A stretch of DNA of 64,000 nucleotides from contig JBJEBM010000040.1 of NCBI GenBank assembly GCA_051870055.1, forward strand, positions 697 through 64,696. Direction: 5' to 3'. Within the stretch, counting starts at the first letter, position 1. The number at the start of each line of letters is the position of its first letter. The DNA comes from Candidatus Cryptobacteroides sp. Lineage in GTDB: Bacteria; Bacteroidota; Bacteroidia; Bacteroidales; UBA932. Position numbers and translations under genes: made by a program. The notes under the pieces are model-generated. The model made no database searches and was not told the DNA's origin. It was given only the letters and a program-made list of their open reading frames with translations. Shown piece after piece: positions 38,530-47,339 of this stretch.

Positions 38530-39123
38530 ATGAGAAAAATTTTAATATTGTTGCTCGGAGTTACTCTCCTGCCGGTATCCTGCCGGGAGGAAAGCTGGCA
38601 TCGTGATATGTCCGACGCAGCCAGGGCAGTCCTGGACAGGGTTGTGGGGATTTATGTCATTGAAGACATTGGCTGGGACGGCCCTGAGGTTGATATTGAC
38701 AATGACGGAGTTGCAGGGCGTGACCTGATGTCCCAGCTGCCTTCCGTCCCGTTCACAGGCACGAGGGAGATGGAGGCAAAGGCAGATATGCAGACGGGAT
38801 CAGGATACGCCGGAGTGGTCAGTTTCCGGATATGTGCCAACCGGACCAGCTCCTGGTCCCGCTATTATTGGAGCGATTTCTGGCTGAATATTCATTTCGA
38901 CGTGTACGGCGGGGAGTTCGAACCGGATATGAATTATTTTCATTGGGGATACAATGAGGTCATTTTCGAGAATCCTTCGTTAGTCCTCACCGGAGACGAC
39001 AGGCTCGTGTTAGGGGCGGATACGGGGGTTTATGATTATATGACGGAAAGTGTCGTGAATGGAAGAATCTCCTGGAAGTTCCGATGTGTTTCGGGAAAGG
39101 GTAAATCTGATAAAACCGACTGA
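38530..39123 (+). CDS. Hypothetical lipoprotein
   Basis: Lipobox PVSC; VDIDNDG motif; tightly packed in the operon. Confidence 0.65.
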   Translation: MRKILILLLGVTLLPVSCREESWHRDMSDAARAVLDRVVGIYVIEDIGWDGPEVDIDNDGVAGRDLMSQLPSVPFTGTREMEAKADMQTGSGYAGVVSFRICANRTSSWSRYYWSDFWLNIHFDVYGGEFEPDMNYFHWGYNEVIFENPSLVLTGDDRLVLGADTGVYDYMTESVVNGRISWKFRCVSGKGKSDKTD

Positions 39124-39125
39124 TT

Positions 39126-40025
39126 ATGAGCAATATTGAAGACAGGATTCTGTCGTTCGTGATGAAACATTACGAAGCCGGCAGGTTGGATGCGTCCAGG
39201 GCGTATGAGCGTTTCTGCAGGCTGTCCGGAATGGAGCCGGAGAACTTGAATATGCGCCGTTTTTCCACCCTGGCATCCGGCAGGAAGAAAGTGCTGGCCG
39301 GGCTGTTTTCCGTTGCGGCGGCGCTGGCAGTCATTGCTGCCGGAATCGGGTTGTCGCAAAGCCGCTGGGACGGTTACCGGGCGATTGATGTCGCCCAGAA
39401 ATTCACCCTGCCGGATTCTACAGAGGTCGTTCTCGCTCCTGGCTCTGAACTGGAATTCAGGATGAAACGCAATGCCAGGCTGGCAAGAATGTCTTCGGGA
39501 AAGGTCTATTTCGATGTCAGCCGTGACGAGTCCGCTCCGTTCAGCATCAATGCGGGAGACGGGTATGTCCGGGTTCTCGGCACACAGTTCCAGGTAAGCC
39601 GGGATGATGCGGAGGTCCGGGTTGACGTTTCCTCCGGCAAGGTCTTGTTCGCCGCCGGTAATCCAGGCCGTGTCCCACGCCTTCCCGGCCGGGCTGGGCA
39701 GGTTGACAGTTCTGCCTCCGCTTCAGTAACACTGACCGCCGGAATGTCCGCCGTGCTGAATGCGGAATCCGCTGTCCCCCGGATAGTTGTACAAAAATCT
39801 AAAAACTTCGCCGTCTGGGCATCGCAGGAGTTCGTTTTCGATAACACCCCGCTTGAGGACGTTGTGGCCGAATTGTCCGGATATTATCATAAAAACATCA
39901 ATGTCACATCGTCCGGTGAATGGCGGACCAGATGCCTGACTGCGAGATTCTCGGCCGACGATCTTCAGGAAATTCTTTCAATCATCTCTTCCGCCCTCGA
40001 TGTCGGGATGGAAATACAGCCGTAA
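39126..40025 (+). CDS. FecR family anti-sigma factor
   Basis: TM helix; LPDSTEVVL..GS.L, GKVYFDV, VLGTQF and F.NTPL..V motifs. Confidence 0.9.
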   Translation: MSNIEDRILSFVMKHYEAGRLDASRAYERFCRLSGMEPENLNMRRFSTLASGRKKVLAGLFSVAAALAVIAAGIGLSQSRWDGYRAIDVAQKFTLPDSTEVVLAPGSELEFRMKRNARLARMSSGKVYFDVSRDESAPFSINAGDGYVRVLGTQFQVSRDDAEVRVDVSSGKVLFAAGNPGRVPRLPGRAGQVDSSASASVTLTAGMSAVLNAESAVPRIVVQKSKNFAVWASQEFVFDNTPLEDVVAELSGYYHKNINVTSSGEWRTRCLTARFSADDLQEILSIISSALDVGMEIQP

Positions 40026-40030
40026 TGTAT

Positions 40031-40038
40031 TATATTTG
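40031..40038 (+). promoter_or_regulatory. Internal -7 promoter element (TATATTTG) for the ECF sigma gene
   Basis: TAnnTTTG match in the 21-nt gap between fecR and the sigma gene. Confidence 0.5.
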
Positions 40039-40046
40039 TCCCCGAT

Positions 40047-40586
40047 ATGGACACTCAATTGACATTGGCGGATAACGGGATTGAAAAACTGTTCAAGGGG
40101 CTGTACAGGCCTCTTTGCCTGTATGCCCTTCATTATGTGGATGATATAGATGCAGCGGAGGACGTTGTCCAGGACGCGTTCCTGGCATGCTGGAACCGTT
40201 CCAAGGCCGGTTCCGCCCCTGTTTCCCCAAAATCATATCTGTACAGTTCTGTCAGGAACAGTTGTATCGACCGTCTCCGGAAGAAGTCTCCTGACCAGGT
40301 TTCCCTTGACAGGATTCCCGTTGACGATGAGTCAGTCATCACTGACGATGAGGCCCGGTCGAGGTCCGAAGAGGAGGCCCGGCTTTGGGCCGCGGTTGAC
40401 CGCCTCCCGGCCCAGAGAAGGCAGATACTGCTTATGAGCAAACGTGACGGGATGAAATATTCCGAGATTGCATCGGAGCTCGGACTGTCCGTCTTCACGG
40501 TCCGCAACCAGATAAGCCGGGCCCTCTCGTCACTCCGTTCGGACACCGGCTTGAAACTGAAGACAATACTGTTCCTTCTCGGCTAA
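40047..40586 (+). CDS. ECF RNA polymerase sigma-70 factor
   Basis: AEDVVQDAF, KSYLYSSVRN and YSEIASELGLS..TV motifs. Confidence 0.92.
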   Translation: MDTQLTLADNGIEKLFKGLYRPLCLYALHYVDDIDAAEDVVQDAFLACWNRSKAGSAPVSPKSYLYSSVRNSCIDRLRKKSPDQVSLDRIPVDDESVITDDEARSRSEEEARLWAAVDRLPAQRRQILLMSKRDGMKYSEIASELGLSVFTVRNQISRALSSLRSDTGLKLKTILFLLG

Positions 40587-42970
40587 TTCTCCCGGAATGA
40601 AAGCCTCAGCCCGAAATTGAAATTGCGTCCGAAACCCCAGTATCCTGTGAATGTGGAAATGTCGTGGTCCGTCCCGTCTTTTCCTCGCTCTATATAATTG
40701 CAGTTCAATATATTGGAACAGCGTACGAATATCTCTGCACCTATTTTCCCGAACAGCTTCCCCTGCCAGTGCAGGCCGGCTCCGAGCAGATTGTATGAAG
40801 GCATCCGGAAAGGAGCATTCCTGTCTGTCGGGTCAGTCCTCGTCGCTGGGTCGAATTCAGCGTACATCCTTCCGTTGTATTTCCAGTCAGCCGTGAGCCT
40901 GAATCCGGCGGGAAGCCTTGCCTCCAGCGAAGCTCCTGCCTGGTCCTGGGGAGCGCCTCCCACCGGCAGGCCGTCGCAATATACATTGACCCGTCCGGCC
41001 TCTAGTCCCGAGTATTCGTCATAGATGATTGCCTCGACATCATTCTTCCACCGCCAGTTGGCTACAGATGCGAAGGCGTTGATTTTCAGGAATGAAGTGA
41101 TGTTCCACCAGCCTTCTGCCTCGATGCCGCAGTGCAATGCGTCCAGCCCGTTCACCATATACCGGCTGTCCTCCTCGTTCTGCTGGCGGTATTTTCCGGA
41201 CATCAGCGTGCGGTCTTTCCACCAGGTGAAATAGCCGGTGACCTCAAGGCCGCCCCGCCCGAACAGGAACCGGTAGCCGGCTTCTGCAAGGAAATTCTTC
41301 TCGTTGTTTATGTCTTTTGAGACCGAATTGTTGCCGGAGGCGAAGAATGTGCCTGAGTAGGGCATTCTTGAATAGCATCCTCCATTGACATACAGGTTGT
41401 GTGCTCCGGTCAGTTTCCACAGCAGCCCGGCTTTGAGGCTCGCTCCGGTTCCGGCAGCTGTATCGCTGTATATGTCCCCTCCAGCGTAATTGTATTTGTC
41501 CCACCGCCGGTTGGTGCTGCCAAAGGCCGCTGCGCCGATTTCGGCGGAGATTTTACTTGATTGCCAAGAAGCTGACAGATAGACTGTTCCGTGGTTGATT
41601 ATTTTGCCGTTGCAGGTGCGGATGGCATCCCCGGCCTGCTTGTAAGGTGACCTTCCGGCCAGCCCTGCCAATGAGTTCCGTTCATAGTCCTCGAACCAGT
41701 AGTCAGCTCCGAGCAAGTCAGTAATGAACTCTCTTTCCCAGGTACGGTAATGCTGGTAATGGATGCCGGCGCCTATTTTCCATCCGCCCCGGAGGGCAAT
41801 ATCTCCGGATATTATGAGCCCCGCCTGGGTGTGGCCGGCCTGGTAGTCGGACAGGATGTTCCTTGCACGTTTCCCGTGGCCGGGGGTCTCTTCCAGGACA
41901 TTGTCCGCCACGGCGGCGTTCCAGTCAATTGTACCGTCTTCGCAAGTATATGAATACAAGGATTTTCCGGTGGTCTCCCGCCATCGTCCGCCGCCATTAC
42001 CGATGGAGACGTATAATGAGTTGCGCATAGAGAGCCTGCCTTTGTTGAGAAGGTGCTGGACAGTGAAGTAGGGCTTGAAATAGTTGTTGTAATTGAGCCC
42101 GAACCTTTCTCCGTCCCGCCATCCCCAGTCGCGGCTGTAACGTGTCCCGTATTTCTCCACTTCTTCTGCCGAGAGTCTGGTGGATCTCTGGCCGTGCTTT
42201 TCCGGAGAGCCGAGAAAATTGAAAATCAATGTGTTGTACCTGCCTATTGTCTTGTTGACATTCAGCATGAATGCGAAAGAGTTGATGTCGGTGCAGTCCA
42301 CATAGCCTCTTCCTCCCACATATGAGCCCATGGCAAGGATGCTCCAGCCGTGCGGCAACTGGCCGCTGCTGTATTGAAGATGAACTTTTCCTGTCCCGAA
42401 ATCTGAAACGTCGGTGCCGGCTTCCACTGACATTTTCTCGCCGGCTGTGGTGGTTACAATGTTCACCGACCCGCCAACCGAGCAGTCCGTAAGCATCGAG
42501 GAGCCGGCTCCTTTCTGTACCTGGATAGCTTCAGTGGCACCTGCAAGGCCCATCCAGTTGTTCCAGTACATTCCTCCGGAAGTGAGCCCCGAGATAGGTA
42601 TTCCGTTGAGGGACACCGAGATATTCTCCTGTGAGAATCCCCTGATGTTCAGCTTGGCGTCTCCGTAGCTGCCTGACTCCGAGGTGGCATACAGTCCCGG
42701 AATCCCGGAGATGAGTTCCGGATAGGTTCTGGACCAGGAACGGTCCTTGAGAGACTCGTTTGTGATGGTTGACAGCCTGAGCGGGCTGTTCTTCGCGTTT
42801 GCGAATGAGGCTCTTGAAATGGCCTCCTGCAATGTCATCGGTTCGCCTTCCCATACCAATGTATCAGCACCGGACACAGCTTCCTCCTTGCGGGGAAGTG
42901 TTTTTCCAAATGCCTGATTGTCAATTGATATGCAGAGAAGCAACACCGAGAAAAAGTAGATTTTCCTCAT
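40583..42970 (-). CDS. TonB-dependent receptor under FMN riboswitch control (candidate riboflavin importer)
   Basis: Signal peptide; plug motifs IRGF.Q.NI...LNGIP, YWNNW, QVQKG.G and GGSVNIVT; C-terminal GRNFNFGLRLSF. Riboswitch directly upstream. Confidence 0.88.
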   Translation of the reverse strand: MRKIYFFSVLLLCISIDNQAFGKTLPRKEEAVSGADTLVWEGEPMTLQEAISRASFANAKNSPLRLSTITNESLKDRSWSRTYPELISGIPGLYATSESGSYGDAKLNIRGFSQENISVSLNGIPISGLTSGGMYWNNWMGLAGATEAIQVQKGAGSSMLTDCSVGGSVNIVTTTAGEKMSVEAGTDVSDFGTGKVHLQYSSGQLPHGWSILAMGSYVGGRGYVDCTDINSFAFMLNVNKTIGRYNTLIFNFLGSPEKHGQRSTRLSAEEVEKYGTRYSRDWGWRDGERFGLNYNNYFKPYFTVQHLLNKGRLSMRNSLYVSIGNGGGRWRETTGKSLYSYTCEDGTIDWNAAVADNVLEETPGHGKRARNILSDYQAGHTQAGLIISGDIALRGGWKIGAGIHYQHYRTWEREFITDLLGADYWFEDYERNSLAGLAGRSPYKQAGDAIRTCNGKIINHGTVYLSASWQSSKISAEIGAAAFGSTNRRWDKYNYAGGDIYSDTAAGTGASLKAGLLWKLTGAHNLYVNGGCYSRMPYSGTFFASGNNSVSKDINNEKNFLAEAGYRFLFGRGGLEVTGYFTWWKDRTLMSGKYRQQNEEDSRYMVNGLDALHCGIEAEGWWNITSFLKINAFASVANWRWKNDVEAIIYDEYSGLEAGRVNVYCDGLPVGGAPQDQAGASLEARLPAGFRLTADWKYNGRMYAEFDPATRTDPTDRNAPFRMPSYNLLGAGLHWQGKLFGKIGAEIFVRCSNILNCNYIERGKDGTDHDISTFTGYWGFGRNFNFGLRLSFREN

Positions 42971-43032
42971 AAGATTGACCTTGAATGTGTAACTTCCTGC
43001 ATACAATCCAAGGCATGCCCGCCATTTGGCGC

Positions 43033-43170
43033 GCTTCTTCTTCCATCCAGACTGTCAGCCTGTCCCGTAGGACCTGCATTACTGTCGGTACCGTAATTCC
43101 AACGGTTCGTGCCCCTGAAGGCTCGCGGACTTTACCGCCGATCGGGAATTTCACCCTGCCCTGAAGTGTT
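43033..43170 (-). ncRNA. FMN riboswitch (RFN element)
   Basis: The minus strand reads cttcagggcagggtgaaattcccgatcggcggtaaagtccgcgagcc...gaaccgttggaattacggtaccgacagt...agtctggatggaagaag, matching the conserved RFN blocks in order. Confidence 0.93.
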
Positions 43171-43176
43171 GCGCCG

Positions 43177-43184
43177 CAAAGGTA
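43177..43184 (-). promoter_or_regulatory. -7 promoter element (TACCTTTG) immediately upstream of the FMN riboswitch
   Basis: TAnnTTTG match placed so that transcription would start at the riboswitch 5' end. Confidence 0.7.
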
Positions 43185-43209
43185 ATGAAGAAAATCTATT
43201 TTCCGAAAT

Positions 43210-45402
43210 TTATTTTGTAATGAACGGTTTTCCGTTCAGCTCTTTCATCGCAGGAGGGTCGTCAGTCGTGATGTAATCCACTCCCGCATTGATAAATTGC
43301 ATCATCTGGGCCTGCGTGTTGACTGTCCATACGTTTACCTCCAACCCGAGCGAATGGGCCTCTGTCACCCATTCCGGATGGCTGGTGAGCACACTGGCAC
43401 TGTAGTCAATGCCTTTGATGCAGTCGGCCTTCACCGTGGCCGGGGCGACATTTCCTCCAAGATACTGCACGTTGTACTCAGGATGCGCCGTCACTATTCG
43501 TTTGCAGGCATTGTAACTGAATGCAATAAAGCCGGTTCTGCTCTCAAGGCCCTTCTCTTTTACAAGCCTGATACTTTCGTCCACCGCACGGAACGTGTTG
43601 GCTTCGGAAGAATGGGATTTGATCTCGATTATCAGTCCCGTGTCCTCGTTTTTCGCAGCCTGCTCGAGAAACGCCTCAAGTGTCGGGGCGGTTTCACCGT
43701 TTGACAGAATCACCCCGGAGAGCTCATCGTGAGAAGATGTCTCAATTACGTGCGAGTCTCCAGGATATTTGCTGTCGTGGTTGACCATTGCGACTCCGTC
43801 GCTGGTTATCCACACGTCGAGTTCCACGGCATATACCCCGCCGAGCTCCTGGGCCGCTTTCAGGGCAGCTATCGAATTGTGAGGATGTCCTGCCTTGTGG
43901 TATCCTCTGTGAGCTACGATTTTAGGTGCCGTAACCTGTGCGGCGTCGCCCGAGAAAGTGAGTACCGTGCTCGCGATCGGCTGCCTTTGGCTATTTCTTT
44001 CAAGAAATATCCTGTACTCGCCGCTGCCAAAATTTTCCCGCAATGTTGAAATCGCCTCTCCTGAGGCTGTAGATGTTTCAGTAACAATTGTTTCCGGGTT
44101 CGAAACCGCTTTTTCAAGAACAATCTTGTCCCCCGATGAGAACCCGTCTCCATATATGTGGAACCTGCAGTTGTCGAACACTTTGGCCTCGTATTGAAGC
44201 AGAAGGTTCTTTACTTTGTGGGTCTCGACGTAAGGGTTTTCCATTCTTGATGCCTCGTAGAGTTTCTCCACATCTTTCCTGGTGAGCGGATTGTCGAAAA
44301 TCCTTGCTACAGCCACATCTCCTTTGAAACTGCTCTCGCAAGCTCCCGAACTGCTCGGATCACCTCCTATGGCGAACCAGTAACAGTTTGTCCCGGAAGG
44401 GAATATGAAGTCTCCAGAAGCATTCTGCGTGCCTTTCAGCTCACCGTCAACATAGATGTATGACCGTCCTTCGGTCTTGTTCCATACTCCTACAACGTGA
44501 TAATACCTGCCAGGCTCCGGTGAGACTCCGCTCTGTGTCCATATCCAGTTGCTCTTTCCGGTCGTGCTGACATTCGGAAGGAATGTGATGTCCGCTCCTT
44601 TGTCGGATTTGGAAATCATCATTGCCACACCTCCGCTCTGCGTGGAACTGAACATCTTGATTTCCGAGGCTCCGGAATTGGTCCCGTCCATCTTGAAGAC
44701 CACCTCGACCGAGTGTCCGTCAGCCAGACGGTTCTGGAAATCCGTGTCGGAGGAGTAGTCAATCTTGTAGTAACTGTCTGTTACTGAGAGTCCTGTCTCG
44801 TTGCTGAAATGAGCGGCGTATTTCACTCCGGGAACCGGGCTTGCGAAATTGACCGCAAGCGGTCCTTTTATAGAAGTCACCTCGTGTCTCGACCTGGAAA
44901 TGTCTGTGGCGGTGTTGTCCGCATTGAATCTGATGTCGAGGAGGTCAGCTTCCGGAACGTCTTTTACAACGGGTGCGCCGCCGCTGCTTTTCTCTTGGGT
45001 TACATTAATCGCACCGATTTCCCTGCCGCCTGAAATGAATACGAGCCTTCCCTTTCTTGACGCATCAGTGTCTTCATTGACAAGCACTTCTGCGGTTATT
45101 GTCCGCTGGCCCTTGGAGCCGCTCCGCGGAGTTGCGGACAGCCATTCACCAGCCGGCTCAGCCGACAGTTCCCAGCTGCCTGTGGAAATGACTGAGAATG
45201 TGGTGGAAGACGCTGACGAGTTGAAAGACAGTTCTTTGAGCGGAGCTCCTCCGGTATCATATATTTTGATGGAGACAGCGCCTCCGCTGTCACCGTTGTC
45301 CGGCTTGTCCGAGCAGGACGCGGAAATGCAGACAGCTGCGGCTGTTAAAACCGCAGCTGCCGTTCCAGTAAGGCAATGTAAATCAAAAAGACGCATAACC
45401 AT
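43210..45402 (-). CDS. Lipoprotein with BACON, LamG-like and glycerophosphodiester phosphodiesterase (GDPD) domains
   Basis: Lipobox SASC; BACON pattern; YYHVVGVW....YVDG (LamG); IVAHRG, ELDV..T.DG....HD, EIK, VWTVN and GVD.ITTD (GDPD). Confidence 0.88.
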   Translation of the reverse strand: MVMRLFDLHCLTGTAAAVLTAAAVCISASCSDKPDNGDSGGAVSIKIYDTGGAPLKELSFNSSASSTTFSVISTGSWELSAEPAGEWLSATPRSGSKGQRTITAEVLVNEDTDASRKGRLVFISGGREIGAINVTQEKSSGGAPVVKDVPEADLLDIRFNADNTATDISRSRHEVTSIKGPLAVNFASPVPGVKYAAHFSNETGLSVTDSYYKIDYSSDTDFQNRLADGHSVEVVFKMDGTNSGASEIKMFSSTQSGGVAMMISKSDKGADITFLPNVSTTGKSNWIWTQSGVSPEPGRYYHVVGVWNKTEGRSYIYVDGELKGTQNASGDFIFPSGTNCYWFAIGGDPSSSGACESSFKGDVAVARIFDNPLTRKDVEKLYEASRMENPYVETHKVKNLLLQYEAKVFDNCRFHIYGDGFSSGDKIVLEKAVSNPETIVTETSTASGEAISTLRENFGSGEYRIFLERNSQRQPIASTVLTFSGDAAQVTAPKIVAHRGYHKAGHPHNSIAALKAAQELGGVYAVELDVWITSDGVAMVNHDSKYPGDSHVIETSSHDELSGVILSNGETAPTLEAFLEQAAKNEDTGLIIEIKSHSSEANTFRAVDESIRLVKEKGLESRTGFIAFSYNACKRIVTAHPEYNVQYLGGNVAPATVKADCIKGIDYSASVLTSHPEWVTEAHSLGLEVNVWTVNTQAQMMQFINAGVDYITTDDPPAMKELNGKPFITK

Positions 45403-47300
45403 TAGTAACCAGTATTCTGAACGAGATTCGGATTGATGTTTATCTGATCCTGCGGAATCGCCATCCAGTAGTTCCTCGGAGTCTCGAATGTGATGGTCTG
45501 CGACCCGAGATACACATCTGTCACCTTGTAGAACTCTTCAGCTGTCTTGCCGGCGAGGTTCCAGCTCTTCGGAACTTTCGCCATATAGTTTCCAGCGAGT
45601 TTCCATCTGCGGAGGTCGTGATACCATCTGCCCTCGAACATAAATTCAATCATCCTTTCCCTGCGTATCATATTCACGAGCTTCGTGCCTGCCGGCATTC
45701 CGCCTGCGAGTGCCCAGGAATCCTCGAAATTCGGGATGCCGGCGCGGTTGCGGATTTTGTTTAGATAGGCTAATCCTTTGGCTGACAGTGTTCCTGTGTA
45801 CTCTGCCTCTGCTTCTGCATAGTTCAGATAAAGCTCCGCGAAACGGATGTAAGGGAACACATATTTGTTGGCTGTGATAGTTTTTGAAGCCACCTCGTAG
45901 GCATCCACTTTGGAAACCCATTTCTTGACATAGTAGCCGGTGCAGGTCTGGTACTCGTGGCCGTTGTCACCATCGTGCTGCTGCTCCTCGCCCCTGCGGC
46001 ATTTGAGGATGATGGTCTTTCCGTTGATATCGTATTCTCCTCTGTCATAACCGATTGACGCATAGAAGCGAGGCTCTCTGCTGTGATGCATATTGACTGT
46101 CTCCTTGGCATCGTCCAATGCGTAAGGGTCGAGGCCCTTTGTCTCGGGATCCTCTTCCCAAGGCAGGCCGTTCTTTGTCCAGTAAGACTCGACAGCATCG
46201 AAAGTAGGAACGAAATATCCGCGGAATCCGGAAGCGTTGTAGCTGTTGTAGCCCACTCTCGGAGCCATGTTCTTGATGTTGTAGGCGATATTCGACTGGT
46301 TGTTGTAAGAGAACAGGTGCTCTTTGCCGTTGAAGAATGATGAAGAGCCTTCAGGTCCGATGAAAGTGGCCCTGTAATTCGCATATCCCTTGGCGAACAG
46401 GTCTCCTTCCGTGCCGGCTTCGTAAAGTCCGAAACCGTCTTTCTCTCCCTGCTGGATAGCGTCTTCCGCAGCGTCCATAGCCTTCTTCCACAGTTCTTTG
46501 TCATAGGTCTGTGAAATGAGGTTCGTTCCGTCCGGATTCTTCAGGTCGGCGTACCAGCTGTTCCCGTTCACGAGAGGGGAGGCCGCGAACAGCCAGGCGC
46601 GGGCCTTGAGTGCCTTGGCAAGCGTCTTGGTCGCTCTTCCGAGATATGTATTATTGTGGCTTTCAGGAAGATACTCCGCTGCCTTGTCGTACATGTCGGA
46701 AATGAACTGTGTGCATTCGAGATAAGTTGAACGAGGGACATTGAGGTCCTCATTCATAGAGAGCTCGTGGTCCACGATGATGATAGGCCCGTAGTATTCG
46801 AGAAGTGTCTGGTGCAGGTAGGCGATTGCCCAATAGGCTTCGCCGATCCATCTGCTCACCTCTTCTTCAGTTGCGTCAGGAACGGTCCTGGCGTTTGCAA
46901 GAAGATTGTATGCATTGCGCATACCTTCCCACATCCTGTAGCTTGTGAGAGCGCCTTCAGGATATTTCTGGGCGGCCTGGGACCACATTGCAATGTAAGT
47001 GTTGGAAGGGCTTTCCATATTGTCATACACCATACTCTTCCACTTGAAATATCTCACGGCCCCGTAGTGGCCGGACATCATATCGCCTCCGCAGATTTCC
47101 AGGGAAGACTGGAAGTAATATCTGTTCGGCATATACCAGTACAGTGAGGCGGCGAAGTTGTCCGCCTGGATGTGAGTCTTGTAAAGGTCTTTCTCTGTCG
47201 CCTTTCCCTCAGGAATCACATCGAGGAAGTTGCAGGAGGAGAGGCAGACCGAGAGGCCCAGCGCGGCAGCCGCAATATTTATCAAAGTTTTAATATTCAT
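45402..47300 (-). CDS. RagB/SusD family lipoprotein
   Basis: Lipobox LSSC; REPRFYA, IRFAELYLNYAEA, ERMIEFMFEG..YHDLRRW and QNTGY motifs. Confidence 0.95.
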   Translation of the reverse strand: MNIKTLINIAAAALGLSVCLSSCNFLDVIPEGKATEKDLYKTHIQADNFAASLYWYMPNRYYFQSSLEICGGDMMSGHYGAVRYFKWKSMVYDNMESPSNTYIAMWSQAAQKYPEGALTSYRMWEGMRNAYNLLANARTVPDATEEEVSRWIGEAYWAIAYLHQTLLEYYGPIIIVDHELSMNEDLNVPRSTYLECTQFISDMYDKAAEYLPESHNNTYLGRATKTLAKALKARAWLFAASPLVNGNSWYADLKNPDGTNLISQTYDKELWKKAMDAAEDAIQQGEKDGFGLYEAGTEGDLFAKGYANYRATFIGPEGSSSFFNGKEHLFSYNNQSNIAYNIKNMAPRVGYNSYNASGFRGYFVPTFDAVESYWTKNGLPWEEDPETKGLDPYALDDAKETVNMHHSREPRFYASIGYDRGEYDINGKTIILKCRRGEEQQHDGDNGHEYQTCTGYYVKKWVSKVDAYEVASKTITANKYVFPYIRFAELYLNYAEAEAEYTGTLSAKGLAYLNKIRNRAGIPNFEDSWALAGGMPAGTKLVNMIRRERMIEFMFEGRWYHDLRRWKLAGNYMAKVPKSWNLAGKTAEEFYKVTDVYLGSQTITFETPRNYWMAIPQDQININPNLVQNTGY

Positions 47301-47339
47301 ATCAAAAATTCATTTAAATAATCCACAATGATTTTGAAA

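Noticed and set aside
42921-43154. 77-aa ORF spanning the riboswitch (possible leader peptide)
   Set aside because: It is fully explained by the RFN element and overlaps the receptor start out of frame.
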